Shown: positions 1 through 9,429 of the stretch, piece after piece
Numbering within the stretch: position 1 is the first letter of the stretch
How the letters are laid out: every line of letters begins with the position of its first letter
IMG/VR virus record: IMGVR_UViG_3300033562_000103
Location: 1 to 42,886 of that record
Length of the DNA: 42,886 nucleotides
Reading direction: 5' to 3' (one strand)
Origin: a virus
Taxonomy: Duplodnaviria > Caudoviricetes
Translations under genes and position numbers: made by a program
The notes under the pieces: generated by a model
The model's input: only the letters and a program-made list of their open reading frames with translations
The model's database searches: none
Told to the model about the DNA's origin: nothing

Positions 1-141
1 TATCAAATTTATAAAGTTTTCCCGTTACCCATTCCGACTTCCAACCGCTTTCTTCCGTTTCGTCACTACGCTGATTTTCATGTTTATATTCAGTAAATTC
101 TTTCATGTTTTCACCCCTTTTGATAATTATAGCATAAAGAA
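1..141. repeat. Terminal direct repeat, copy 1 (circular assembly overlap)
   Basis: Identical to 42746-42886; cuts through ORF 42606..42851. Confidence 0.95.
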
Positions 142-166
142 AAGACTATGTTACTTTGCATAGTCT
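126..166 (-). promoter_or_regulatory. Terminator hairpin fused to extended -10 promoter (cassette 1, upstream of the portal operon)
   Basis: Minus strand: AGACTATG-caaagtaa-CATAGTCT-tttcttt-ATGCTATAAT; the hairpin overlaps the terL stop codon. Confidence 0.7.
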
Positions 167-1395
167 AATCTATTGCGTTTTTGTTGTATGAACCATTCGA
201 GTGCATAACGTTCTTGGTCGATGAAATGGTTATTTTTGTCAGGATATCTACTAATGAACTGCCCTTCCTTATTTAATTCATATTCGTAACCAATAAACTC
301 TTTTGCAGCATTAGGCGTACGCTTTGGATCAATTATAATTTCATCCAATGATTGTAAATACTTCATTCCGAAAGCTACGCTGTCAGGGCCTTTCTTAGCT
401 CCCATTGCAACAATGCCGTAATCTCTCATTTCTTCAATGGATTTTGGTTCTGAGCTATCAAATATGGTTGGTTCTCTACCTGCTAATTTTATTTTAATCT
501 TTGCAGATAGTTGCTTATTACTTAATCTTGTTTCATATATTTCATCAAGTATCCACAGCCTATTATTATGTATATATGATTTACCCCATGCTGCGGGATC
601 AACAGTAAAACCAAAATCACAGCCATAGTAAAACTTATCCATCCTACTAATTTCTTCATCCGTAATCGTTCTAATAGTTACATTATCAAACACATTGCCA
701 CCAGTGCCAGTGGCTTCTCCTAAATACTCATGCCTATACGCTAATTCCTTAGTTTCCTTTAAGTGCTCTGCTTCAATGAAAAACACTTCACCCAACCATT
801 CCCTCGGAACATCCAAATACGTTGAGTGGTGGACTATTCTATCGCTATTAGGCACTAGTTTTTCTTCATTAACCCAATTGTTTTTACTCTTTGGTGGATT
901 AAACGAATAAAATGCCCAAAACTTATCACCGCCACGCAATAATGATTGGTTGATACTTCTTATTTCTTCCATTCCATCAAATTGATCTAATTCCTCATAC
1001 CACGTAATGGCAGGATAACCATTCTTAAATTTGAATGATTTTATTTTCATTTTATCGTCGCATCCCATGAATACTATTTTTTGTCCAGTCTTTATATATT
1101 CTATTTGTGGTGGTGAAACTGTTGCTTTAAATAAATGACTAATTTCAAGCTGATTAATTCCCCACATTATCTGATTATATGTTGAGTTTTTAATTGTATT
1201 AGCAACCTTACGTAATACCACTGCATTATAGTTTTTGTTCTGCATTAATAGCAATGGTATACATATAGATGCAAGAGATGATTTCGTGCTACCACGTCCA
1301 CCCTCTAGCCAATAGTGAGTATAATTGTGTTCCATTGCGTCGAAGAATAAATCATCAAAGGCAGGAGAAATTTTATCTGCTACGTTTAAATTCAA
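151..1395 (-). CDS. terL: Terminase large subunit, PBSX family
   Basis: Walker A-like GGRGSTKS, WYEE Walker B, SFNPP, GCDFGF nuclease motif, C-terminal NHFID. Confidence 0.95.
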   Translation of the reverse strand: MNLNVADKISPAFDDLFFDAMEHNYTHYWLEGGRGSTKSSLASICIPLLLMQNKNYNAVVLRKVANTIKNSTYNQIMWGINQLEISHLFKATVSPPQIEYIKTGQKIVFMGCDDKMKIKSFKFKNGYPAITWYEELDQFDGMEEIRSINQSLLRGGDKFWAFYSFNPPKSKNNWVNEEKLVPNSDRIVHHSTYLDVPREWLGEVFFIEAEHLKETKELAYRHEYLGEATGTGGNVFDNVTIRTITDEEISRMDKFYYGCDFGFTVDPAAWGKSYIHNNRLWILDEIYETRLSNKQLSAKIKIKLAGREPTIFDSSEPKSIEEMRDYGIVAMGAKKGPDSVAFGMKYLQSLDEIIIDPKRTPNAAKEFIGYEYELNKEGQFISRYPDKNNHFIDQERYALEWFIQQKRNRLDYAK

Positions 1396-1771
1396 ATACT
1401 ATCTCACCGTCCCCTGTAATTTTTTCTACTTGCTTATCTAATCCCATTCTTTTGGATAACTGCTTTGCTGCTTCTGTCCTATCCTGGAGTGACGCATCGA
1501 GATTAAATTGATCTTTTATATTTCCTCTCATTACGCCAGTAAAATACTTTAAAACTTCATCTGCTGTTGCTATCTCTGCATCTTCTTTTTCTTGCAGTAA
1601 TTTGCTGTAATATGCTGCTACGTTTGGCTTTCTAAGCGTATCCGAAGCTATAGAACAAGCAGAAGAATCATTCTTGCATCCCTTATAAACAGCCCTATAT
1701 GCTTTAGTCTGATTTCCAAGTTCTATCATTTTATGTACAAATTGTTTCTGTTTTTGCGTTAACTCCTTCAT
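1373..1771 (-). CDS. terS: Terminase small subunit
   Basis: LTQKQKQFV...GNQTKAY...AY helix-turn-helix start; DRTEAAKQLSK; directly upstream of terL; GGAGG RBS before the ATG at 1771. Confidence 0.88.
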   Translation of the reverse strand: MKELTQKQKQFVHKMIELGNQTKAYRAVYKGCKNDSSACSIASDTLRKPNVAAYYSKLLQEKEDAEIATADEVLKYFTGVMRGNIKDQFNLDASLQDRTEAAKQLSKRMGLDKQVEKITGDGEIVFEFKRSR

Positions 1772-2060
1772 TTGATACCTCCGAATAAATATCAACCAAC
1801 TTCAATAAAACTTCAACTTCTCGAAAAGACTCCATTAATACAACATCAAATATTTCCTTCTTACCTTTATAATCAGGTTTATATATTTTATATTCATCAA
1901 TAAACATAATTTTTCTAAGTTGCACAATTGATAAAACTTTACCCATTTTAGGACTATAAAACTGTTTTTTACCTACAATGTAGTTTAATCCATATTGGTT
2001 TAAAGCCTTAATTAATTTAACAACTTTCGAATGAATTTTATTTATGGTAATCACCACCAT
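1731..2060 (-). CDS. Hypothetical phage protein upstream of terS (start uncertain)
   Basis: Open frame SKVVKLIKALNQYG...EVLLKLVDIY; lies downstream of cassette 2. Confidence 0.55.
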   Translation of the reverse strand: MVVITINKIHSKVVKLIKALNQYGLNYIVGKKQFYSPKMGKVLSIVQLRKIMFIDEYKIYKPDYKGKKEIFDVVLMESFREVEVLLKLVDIYSEVSNEGVNAKTETICT

Positions 2061-2246
2061 TTTTAATAATTTACACTTATATGAATCTAGTACATTTGCA
2101 TTTATAGAAAACTTTAAAAATAAAAACACCTATAAACCCACACCATTGCTAAATTCTCACTATATTCTCAATACAACTACCTTCATATAACTATACAGCA
2201 TAGCGATTATAGTTTTTCAGATAGACGTTTTACTATTTATATTACT

Positions 2247-2289
2247 ATTATAACATAATAAAACGACTACTATATTTCAAGCAGCCGTT
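2247..2289 (-). promoter_or_regulatory. Terminator fused to extended -10 promoter (cassette 2, upstream of the packaging genes)
   Basis: Minus strand: AACGGCTGCT-tgaaatat-AGTAGTCGTT-ttatt-ATGTTATAAT. Confidence 0.65.
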
Positions 2290-2298
2290 AATCTTAGT

Positions 2299-2496
2299 TT
2301 ATAACAATACAATATTATTTATACAAACTGTTTTATCCATATAATCTTCCCGAAACATATCTTCAAGTTGCGAAATGTTATTAATGTTTATTTTTTTATT
2401 ATATGTCATTTTACTATTTCCAAAAACTTTTTCTCCTAATTTGTTAATACAATTATATGATACTAAATATCTATATTTTTTAGTTCTTATTTTCAT
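2299..2496 (-). CDS. Hypothetical protein
   Basis: 65-aa ORF with RBS, in the co-oriented operon. Confidence 0.6.
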   Translation of the reverse strand: MKIRTKKYRYLVSYNCINKLGEKVFGNSKMTYNKKININNISQLEDMFREDYMDKTVCINNIVLL

Positions 2497-2499
2497 TTT

Positions 2500-3066
2500 C
2501 TATTCCTCCAACATCTTAATAATATTTTCAGCTTTTTCAATTACTATGCAATCGCCATCAAAAGTAACAGTCGTTATAAATGTTTGCCCTTCATATTCTA
2601 TAACATTAACAATTTTATCTTTTGCAACATAGTTTATAAATCCATCTTTTGTTGTCAATTTAATAAACTTACTTACTTTTTTAATTGTATTTTCTTTATT
2701 AACGTCAACTTTATCAACTACTGGTTTGTCAATAATAACCCAACTATTTACTTTTACATTTTTTTCTACATCTTTTTTATTATAATCACAGTAAAAGTGA
2801 TCTTTATCAACACTATAAATGTCAAATGTAAAAGTGTTTTTTATAGCCATAAAGATATTATCACTACTAACTTCTTTAAAATAAAACTCATTAGGCAATT
2901 CAATTTCTTTTTCTTCTTCAACAATTTCACAATCACACTTTAGCATTTGCAATACCATTCCATTATGTTCAATAAAATATGTTTTTATATTTTCCTGCAC
3001 AACTTTACAAATATCACCTTTACTAATTAAAACATTATCAGTTTCAACATTAATTCTAATCTTCAT
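2500..3066 (-). CDS. Hypothetical protein
   Basis: 188-aa ORF coupled to the upstream gene (TAATG overlap). Confidence 0.7.
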   Translation of the reverse strand: MKIRINVETDNVLISKGDICKVVQENIKTYFIEHNGMVLQMLKCDCEIVEEEKEIELPNEFYFKEVSSDNIFMAIKNTFTFDIYSVDKDHFYCDYNKKDVEKNVKVNSWVIIDKPVVDKVDVNKENTIKKVSKFIKLTTKDGFINYVAKDKIVNVIEYEGQTFITTVTFDGDCIVIEKAENIIKMLEE

Positions 3067-3410
3067 TATTGCACCATCCCGTTATTATATTCTCTATATA
3101 TTTCCATCCAATCTTCCAACCTCATAGTAACCATCCATGGTTCATTATTCTTTCTGTGGAATACAGTAGGTAGGTTTCCTTCGTTGGCATCTCTCACGGC
3201 CTGTTCCATAGCATTTGATACGTTTAACTTTTCAACTCTTTTGCATTCTACATGTATATTAGGCAATGCATCTGTAATATCTGCTGAGTTTTCACCCAAT
3301 CCGCAATATTGCTGTGATCTCTTAGCATCCTTAAATCCATATTCTCTAAACTTGCTAGCCAACTCTCTTTCTCCCCTGGCTCCCTTATCTCTACTATTAA
3401 TCTTATTCAT
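3066..3410 (-). CDS. PD-(D/E)XK Holliday-junction resolvase-like nuclease (Hjc-like)
   Basis: SRDKGARGERELA...AD...IHVECKR motif. Confidence 0.8.
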   Translation of the reverse strand: MNKINSRDKGARGERELASKFREYGFKDAKRSQQYCGLGENSADITDALPNIHVECKRVEKLNVSNAMEQAVRDANEGNLPTVFHRKNNEPWMVTMRLEDWMEIYREYNNGMVQ

Positions 3411-3537
3411 AATCACGCAACTTACCCATTAAAATATCCCATGCGCTATAAACATCGCTATCCTGCTTTTTAATCTGTTCCTGCACATATTCAATAATTC
3501 TTGTTAATTCCCATTCTGATAGTTCAATTAGTTTCAT
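3403..3537 (-). CDS. Small hypothetical protein (44 aa, not in ORF track)
   Basis: MKLIELSEWELTRIIEYVQEQIKKQDSDVYSAWDILMGKLRDYE; fills the gap and overlaps both neighbours. Confidence 0.55.
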   Translation of the reverse strand: MKLIELSEWELTRIIEYVQEQIKKQDSDVYSAWDILMGKLRDYE

Positions 3538-3733
3538 AATTCACACCATCCTTAATATATTTAGCCATAAACAATACATTATTACCACATTTATTTAAAG
3601 GCCATACCTGATAACTTCCATCATTATTTATCAATCCCATATCTTTCTTTTGACTTGCAGCTAACTCTATTGCTTTTTGTTGCCAATATTCTTGCTGCTT
3701 TGTTACTTTATTTTTTTCAAATTCTAATTCCAT
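3524..3733 (-). CDS. Hypothetical protein
   Basis: 69-aa ORF with AAGGAG RBS. Confidence 0.6.
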   Translation of the reverse strand: MELEFEKNKVTKQQEYWQQKAIELAASQKKDMGLINNDGSYQVWPLNKCGNNVLFMAKYIKDGVNYETN

Positions 3734-3758
3734 AATAATTCTCCTTTATTATTTATTA

Positions 3759-4166
3759 TTAAAACGGTATTTCTTCTTCAGGAAAAACTTCAGTTCCGAA
3801 CGAACTAACATCATATCCACCTGCCATATTTTCCCCTTGCGGTTGTTCAATTGCCTGTTGCTTTTTACTATCCATATATTCAAAATCTCTAACTATAATT
3901 TGAGTTGTGTTTTTCTTAATACCATCTTTTTCTGATTCATATTGATCAATTTCTCCACGCACTAGAATTTTACGTCCTTTTTCTAGTGTATTTCCCATGA
4001 CTTCTGCCGTCTTTTCCCATGCTACGCAATAAATCCACAATGTTTTCTTCTTGTCTCCGAATCCTTTGTCCACTGCCAATGTAAATCCTACATAACATTT
4101 ACCTGCTTCTGTATATTTTGGTTCTAAATCCCTAATTATTCTTCCAGTTCCTATCCAATTGTTCAT
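3759..4166 (-). CDS. ssb: Single-stranded DNA-binding protein
   Basis: MNNWIGTGRI...FTLAVD OB-fold; acidic tail ending EEEIPF. Confidence 0.93.
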   Translation of the reverse strand: MNNWIGTGRIIRDLEPKYTEAGKCYVGFTLAVDKGFGDKKKTLWIYCVAWEKTAEVMGNTLEKGRKILVRGEIDQYESEKDGIKKNTTQIIVRDFEYMDSKKQQAIEQPQGENMAGGYDVSSFGTEVFPEEEIPF

Positions 4167-4181
4167 ATTATTTACCATCCT

Positions 4182-4394
4182 TCATAATTTAATTATTCCA
4201 TTTTCATCTGATTTATTTAACATTTTAACGCAACGTTTGCAAGTTACTTCATTAAAATATCCTTCATACGTTTTATCCGTATCTTTCCATAATGTATTAC
4301 AAATACTAAATAATTTATTACTATCATGCCTTACGGCAACACCACAATGTAAAACTTTATTTCTTAGCAAAAGATTTATTTTCCCTTTATACAT
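4182..4394 (-). CDS. Hypothetical Cys/His (zinc-binding?) protein
   Basis: H...C...VTCKRC; ACGGAGG RBS. Confidence 0.6.
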   Translation of the reverse strand: MYKGKINLLLRNKVLHCGVAVRHDSNKLFSICNTLWKDTDKTYEGYFNEVTCKRCVKMLNKSDENGIIKL

Positions 4395-4501
4395 ATTAAT
4401 CCTCCGTATTTTAATTTTAATAAACTATTTTAACTAACCTAACCATTGCTACCAAAACAATTTTAAAACTAAACCTTACCACCATTACGCTAATTTAAAC
4501 G

Positions 4502-4879
4502 TTATTTAACATCATAACCTCTATCGTTATTCTTTTCAACTACCAGTTGTATGTAGTTCGCTATTTGTTCTTTAGTTAATCCCAATGGCCCTTCTAACAT
4601 TGTTTGGCAGGAAAACTGTAAGTCAATTACTTCCATTGCTATTTTATCTTTATTAATATTTTCGTATTCTATTTCCTTGAAAAAATTATAACCATCTCTA
4701 AATTCTCTTACTATTTCAGTCATTTCTGATTCCATGTGTCTATATTGCTTATCAATACTACTACTCAAATACTTAACAGCGGGTTGAATCTGTGACCGTC
4801 TCAATAAAGCAAGTTCCTGCAATCCACCTAATATTTTTGGATCATCACATAACTTTATCATTTCATCTACACTACACAT
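4502..4879 (-). CDS. Hypothetical protein, possibly MazG-like NTP pyrophosphohydrolase fold
   Basis: Helical E-x-x-E...E-x-x-D pattern (ESEMTE, MEVID) and C-terminal KNNDRGY. Confidence 0.45.
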   Translation of the reverse strand: MCSVDEMIKLCDDPKILGGLQELALLRRSQIQPAVKYLSSSIDKQYRHMESEMTEIVREFRDGYNFFKEIEYENINKDKIAMEVIDLQFSCQTMLEGPLGLTKEQIANYIQLVVEKNNDRGYDVK

Positions 4880-4900
4880 ATTAACACTCCTTATATTTTA

Positions 4901-5215
4901 TTACCTTTTCATAAATCCGCTAACACTTTTCGGGGCCGTCACGCACAAATCAACAGTTTTCTTCTTACACACCAATCTCTCGCTCAACTTACCTTTCACT
5001 TCTCCCAAATTTAACGCCTGCACCATTTTATTTACTAACTCTACACTTACTATTAGTGTTGGTTGTTTTAACCGTTGTGGCTCACGTATGGAATTATCAT
5101 TATGTTTGTAGAGTTTAATATCTTCCGCTTTTAATGATTTACGTTTTGTTTTACCTTTATTGTTGCGACTTAAATCCATTCTAGCAAAACTTTCTTCTGT
5201 TTGTTCGTATATCAT
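4901..5215 (-). CDS. Hypothetical protein
   Basis: 104-aa ORF coupled by an ATGA overlap. Confidence 0.6.
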   Translation of the reverse strand: MIYEQTEESFARMDLSRNNKGKTKRKSLKAEDIKLYKHNDNSIREPQRLKQPTLIVSVELVNKMVQALNLGEVKGKLSERLVCKKKTVDLCVTAPKSVSGFMKR

Positions 5216-5769
5216 TTTTTAATATCTCCCATCTTTAACATTTTCATATTAATTCCAAGGTTTTCAACAATTTCCAATACTTGATTATCTATTTTTTCTT
5301 CTTTTTTGCGCTTGCACACACTTTCATACATTCGTAAAAATTGCGCTCTTATTGTACCCATATCTCCTAATTCAGTTTGGCATAATCCTGACCATCCCAT
5401 TGCCAATGCTGCGCTTTCAATTTCTGGAGTTGTAAATTTTGGCTTCTTGTAAATAAACGCTTCATTCATCTGTTTTAATACTTCGTTCCACGCTTCGTCA
5501 TTCGTCTTGTGCTTTGTTCCATTAGCTACCTGCACTATATGTTCAGCCTGCTCCATAATTTCTGCTATGCTAGGAAAGAATTTACACGTTCTCATACATT
5601 TTAAAACACTAGCTTGTAATTGATTGTCAGATAAGACAGATAAGGCTTTAATGTATACAATGATAGTTCCTTGGCTAATCTTCGCATTCGGAAAAGCTAA
5701 CATTAATGGTTGAATTATCTTCGCTTTTAGTTTTTCCTCCGGCGTTAGGTTGCTGATCGTCTGCTCCAT
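5212..5769 (-). CDS. Replicative helicase loader/inhibitor-like protein (SPP1 G39P-like)
   Basis: CKFFPSIAEI, EAWNEV, MGWSGLC, RAQFLRMYE; directly downstream of the initiator. Confidence 0.7.
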   Translation of the reverse strand: MEQTISNLTPEEKLKAKIIQPLMLAFPNAKISQGTIIVYIKALSVLSDNQLQASVLKCMRTCKFFPSIAEIMEQAEHIVQVANGTKHKTNDEAWNEVLKQMNEAFIYKKPKFTTPEIESAALAMGWSGLCQTELGDMGTIRAQFLRMYESVCKRKKEEKIDNQVLEIVENLGINMKMLKMGDIKK

Positions 5770-6499
5770 AAATACCTCCAAAAAAATCTTCTACTGCGTT
5801 GGTATTGTTTTTATATTGTTTTTTACCATTATCAAATAACTTAGTTTGACTTATTGCAAATATCCCTTTCCATCCACACATAATGCTTTGGTTTAATATT
5901 TCTATTTTTAACTCATCATTGCCACCTGCTAGTTTTTCAAGTTTATTAACCAATAGTTTTATTGCTCCATCAGTCATTGGCGATTTAATTGATTTTCTCA
6001 TTTCCTTAAAAGATTCAATCGTATTTATTAGTTCTTGATTGAAAACAAAATCGGTATATATATATTCATTCTTATCATTATTTACCTTCTTATCCTTCTT
6101 TACATTCTTGTTTGTGTTCACTTGTTGTTCACTTGTTGTTCGTTCGTTGTTCACTGGTTGTTCTTCTTGTTGTTCACTTTTTTGGTATTGATCCCAGTTA
6201 ACTATTGATATTAGTCGGTTCTTGGTGCTTGTTTGTTGTTCGATTTGTTGTTCGATTTCTAGCTTTTTAAGTATGCGTTGCACTTTACTATCAGATATGT
6301 TAAATTTTTCCGATATTGATTTTCTGCCTGTTATCAATTGCCCCGACTTCAAGGTTATTCGTTCGTTTTTAAATTCTACGTCATATTCAGCATGGGTAGC
6401 ATTTAACATCAAATAGCACCACACTGAAAAATATTCACTATCTTTACATATTATTGGATTGTCTAATATCTTCCTGTGTAGCTTAACCCATCCCTGCAC
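5675..6499 (-). CDS. Phage replication initiator (lambda O-like replisome organiser)
   Basis: GWVKLHRKI N-terminus, low-complexity central linker encoded by repeats, C-terminal ILNQSIMCGWKGIF. Confidence 0.88.
   Translation of the reverse strand: MQGWVKLHRKILDNPIICKDSEYFSVWCYLMLNATHAEYDVEFKNERITLKSGQLITGRKSISEKFNISDSKVQRILKKLEIEQQIEQQTSTKNRLISIVNWDQYQKSEQQEEQPVNNERTTSEQQVNTNKNVKKDKKVNNDKNEYIYTDFVFNQELINTIESFKEMRKSIKSPMTDGAIKLLVNKLEKLAGGNDELKIEILNQSIMCGWKGIFAISQTKLFDNGKKQYKNNTNAVEDFFGGIYGADDQQPNAGGKTKSEDNSTINVSFSECED
6112..6256. repeat. Iteron-like repeats inside the initiator gene (putative lytic origin)
   Basis: GTTGTTC occurs 7 times (6124, 6135, 6146, 6157, 6169, 6235, 6247); the first five are spaced 11-12 bp apart; adjacent to an AT-rich tract. 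Confidence 0.75.
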
Positions 6500-6511
6500 A
6501 ACACCACCTTC

Positions 6512-6673
6512 CTATTTAATATTAAGAACTTCTTTCAACTTAATCATATTTTCACTGTTAGGCTTAGTTACTCCCTTTTCCCACATACGGTAAGAACTAA
6601 GCGACACTCCTACTTTAATTGCAACATCAGCCTGCCCCATACCTTTTTCTAGCCTTGTTTCTTTTAATTTCAT
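6512..6673 (-). CDS. Cro/XRE-type helix-turn-helix regulator (53 aa, not in ORF track)
   Basis: MKLKETRLEKGMGQADVAIKVGVSLSSYRMWEKGVTKPNSENMIKLKEVLNIK; AAGGAG RBS. Confidence 0.88.
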   Translation of the reverse strand: MKLKETRLEKGMGQADVAIKVGVSLSSYRMWEKGVTKPNSENMIKLKEVLNIK

Positions 6674-6716
6674 TTGTTACTCCTTCGGCGGATTAAGCAC
6701 CGCCTTGCTATATTAT

Positions 6717-6818
6717 TTAGTTTAAATAAAATCCAGTTAACCACACGTTTTTAGTTTTAAAACAATCTTTAATAGTTTTAACCTTAAAACCACTTTTGTT
6801 ACCAATTCTTTTTAACAT
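6717..6818 (-). CDS. Small hypothetical protein (33 aa)
   Basis: MLKRIGNKSGFKVKTIKDCFKTKNVWLTGFYLN; first ORF after the promoter at 6857-6885. Confidence 0.35.
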   Translation of the reverse strand: MLKRIGNKSGFKVKTIKDCFKTKNVWLTGFYLN

Positions 6819-6856
6819 TTCAATCACTCACTTTCATTTATTTATCTTATACACTT

Positions 6857-6885
6857 ATAATATCACTACCACTACTACTTGTCAA
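6857..6885 (-). promoter_or_regulatory. SigA-type promoter of the replication operon
   Basis: TTGACA-17 bp-TATTAT; just downstream of the terminator GGAGA-gtgat-TCTCC-TTTTTT (about 6895-6915). Confidence 0.75.
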
Positions 6886-7056
6886 CACTTATTTAAAAAA
6901 GGAGAATCACTCTCCCGCCACCTCATAATAAATACACTTACTTTCGCCTTTACAGTTTTTGCAATTACCACTGCAATAGTCTTGTAGTTGTCTGCAATAT
7001 CTTGCGTTTTTGTTTTGTTTGATGCAGGTTTTACATTGGCATGTTTCTTTTTTCAT

Positions 7057-8217
7057 TTAATACGCTTCCTTATTTATAAAACTAAATATATGTGCAATAA
7101 CATCTGCCGTCCAGCCATTTCCTAGGCATTTGTAACGCTGGGCATTGCTTATGCCTTGCGTATAGTTATCTTTTAACGTCTGCAATCTCTCACACTCCAC
7201 TGGTGTTAATTTACGAATATATCCCTCGATCAACACACCATGTTGATCTTGTGCTGTTAAAGTATAAAACTTATTACCTTCACTGAATCTTTGACCGTTC
7301 TGCCTTTTATTGATCCTATCAGGAGTTATGCAACCAAACAAATATTGTCCCATTTTAGCTGCACCACCTCCAGATTCACCGCATAAGGTTACTGCTTTAT
7401 TGTGTATGCAATAAACTCTATTAGCTTGACTGTCTGATCTAAAATAACCGACTTTACCACGTTCAATTTCTTTATTTAATATTTGCAAGGTTTTATCAAA
7501 CGGCACTATATATTCTGCCAAACACTCCATAATAAAATTACCATTCCAGTTTGCGTACTGTCTAGCTGTCATCGTTATAGCTTTATCGGCATCCAGCGAA
7601 CTATATTTTTTATTTAACTGAAATTCAGCATTAGCCTTAAACCACTTAATCCAACTTTCACCAATCATATAATCTAAATCTGCATTTTCATGCACGATAT
7701 CTTTAAGCATTATCCCCTTATCTTTAGGCTGCGTAATGTTAGGTATATTAGTCCAGTAAAAACGTTTCCGATTTTGCGCGCTCACCAAATTAGAATCTAT
7801 CATTATTGGCTCCACGCCCAAGTAACTACTAATAACGTCCAGATACTCTTTTTTCATTCGCACATTTTCAAGTAAAAAGATTACATTCTGATTAACAGTT
7901 TTAATGTGTTCTAAAATTTCAGCGTAAACAAAAAATAGTTTACTGCGCGGATCATCAAAATTAAGTTGCTTACCAGCAAAACTAAATCCCTGGCAAGGAC
8001 TACCACCAATTAGCATTCCAATACTTGACCAATCAATATCCCACTCGCGCCATTTCGTTACATCACCAATTCTAATTATTCCTGGATAGTTTTTTTCAGA
8101 TACTTTAATTGCATATTTATCTACTTCGCTTGCATAGTACTTGTTAACTTTTATTCCTGCACGTTCTAGTGCAACCATTCCACAGCTAATTCCATCAAAT
8201 AACGATAATACATTCAT
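7057..8217 (-). CDS. DNA (cytosine-5) methyltransferase
   Basis: LSLFDG (motif I), GGSPCQ (IV), ENV (VI), QNRKR (VIII), ERLQ and LGNGW (IX/X). Confidence 0.92.
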   Translation of the reverse strand: MNVLSLFDGISCGMVALERAGIKVNKYYASEVDKYAIKVSEKNYPGIIRIGDVTKWREWDIDWSSIGMLIGGSPCQGFSFAGKQLNFDDPRSKLFFVYAEILEHIKTVNQNVIFLLENVRMKKEYLDVISSYLGVEPIMIDSNLVSAQNRKRFYWTNIPNITQPKDKGIMLKDIVHENADLDYMIGESWIKWFKANAEFQLNKKYSSLDADKAITMTARQYANWNGNFIMECLAEYIVPFDKTLQILNKEIERGKVGYFRSDSQANRVYCIHNKAVTLCGESGGGAAKMGQYLFGCITPDRINKRQNGQRFSEGNKFYTLTAQDQHGVLIEGYIRKLTPVECERLQTLKDNYTQGISNAQRYKCLGNGWTADVIAHIFSFINKEAY

Positions 8218-9144
8218 TTAATTATCCTCCAATAAATCTAAATAATGAATAGGTTGTTTAATTATTTTAGTACTGCGACAATAATCACATGAATTACACC
8301 GAACTGGCTCAATCTCGCCATTTCTAACGGCCATAATATTAGGTAGTTTTAATTCTATTTCTTCTAGTTTTTCTTTGATGAATAAATCAGTTTGCATGTA
8401 GATAATTTCTTTTCCTGGAATTGGTTGCTTATCAACTGCAATAATGTAGCAATCCATATATTCGTTTGTTTTTTCTAATTCTATAATTTTAGATAATTCT
8501 TTTGCGCTGTATTTTTCTGAATACTTTTCAATAATAAAACCATAGTTCTGCCGTAAAATCTCGCTATATATCGCAAACTGCAAAAAGTAGTCATATTTAT
8601 GAATAAAACTTTCCTTTTCTTTAGTTTTTGAATTGTAATGTTTCTTTGTAATATTTTCAGTAGTTTTAATATCTGCAAAATAACCACGCTCGATATTTAA
8701 TATATCTACCTGTATTTTAAATTCTACACCTGCAATTTTTCCGGTGAATATCTGCTCATGCTCACCTTTCATAAATTCCATAACAACTTTATCTTTTTCG
8801 AGAGTTGCGATCATTTCGCCTGCTTTTACAAAGTCGGCATAAGTGCCACCTTTTGGCTTGTAAATAGTTGAATGGTTTTCATTGCAAAAGTCTTGAAAAT
8901 CCTCCTTGCTTGAAAAATACGAATGAATGTAATTACCGATTAAAAAGCATTTCTTTTCTTTATCTTCCCATTCTCCTACCACCTTTGCAATCTCTCTTGC
9001 TTCACATCCTCCACCAACTTCGTGACCGAATACTTCTGTTGCTTCGTGGTAACGATCCCACGCTTTTAGCGAACTTGACCCTAGATATTTGTCTTCCGCC
9101 TCTTTTGAAAAGTAATTTTTGCGATTTAATTCCATTATTAACAC
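8218..9144 (-). CDS. RecE-like PD-(D/E)XK exonuclease (DUF3799-like)
   Basis: LGSSSLK, GNYIH, D...DIKT, Y..QFAIY, C-terminal RCNSCDYC; adjacent to RecT. Confidence 0.82.
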   Translation of the reverse strand: MLIMELNRKNYFSKEAEDKYLGSSSLKAWDRYHEATEVFGHEVGGGCEAREIAKVVGEWEDKEKKCFLIGNYIHSYFSSKEDFQDFCNENHSTIYKPKGGTYADFVKAGEMIATLEKDKVVMEFMKGEHEQIFTGKIAGVEFKIQVDILNIERGYFADIKTTENITKKHYNSKTKEKESFIHKYDYFLQFAIYSEILRQNYGFIIEKYSEKYSAKELSKIIELEKTNEYMDCYIIAVDKQPIPGKEIIYMQTDLFIKEKLEEIELKLPNIMAVRNGEIEPVRCNSCDYCRSTKIIKQPIHYLDLLEDN

Positions 9145-9186
9145 TCCTTAATATTTAATTAAAAGGGAGTTTTACCTCCCAATATT

Positions 9187-9429
9187 CTAAATCTTTGTTA
9201 TTTCATCCAAATGGTATTTATGTGGTTCTAAATTTTCCATAACCTTATGATATAAATTACCCAAAGCATTAGAACAGTCCTCACACAGACACAACGTAAT
9301 ATACGGTTTATCACTTGGCATTTTATTGCTACTTTTAACATCTAAAAATTCGTACTGTAAAAGAAGAAGCATTTCTCGATTGCAATTATCACATGATCCT
9401 ATAATTTTTCTTTCACTCAATTTAATCAT
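9187..9429 (-). CDS. Hypothetical zinc-finger protein
   Basis: CDNC...LCEDC. Confidence 0.6.
   Translation of the reverse strand: MIKLSERKIIGSCDNCNREMLLLLQYEFLDVKSSNKMPSDKPYITLCLCEDCSNALGNLYHKVMENLEPHKYHLDEITKI

Noticed and set aside
1-141. Biological direct terminal repeat
   Set aside because: It is exactly 141 bp (a common maximum assembler k-mer), cuts mid-gene, and PBSX/SPP1-type packaging is usually headful; best read as a circular assembly overlap.
4410-4500. Short ACCATTGCT match with 2142-2150 as a recombination (dif/res) site
   Set aside because: The match is only about 10 bp, with no clear dyad symmetry and no recombinase gene; cannot be supported.
8481-8687. Nested 68-aa minus-strand ORF inside the exonuclease gene
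   Set aside because: No convincing RBS or motif; likely a chance alternative frame.
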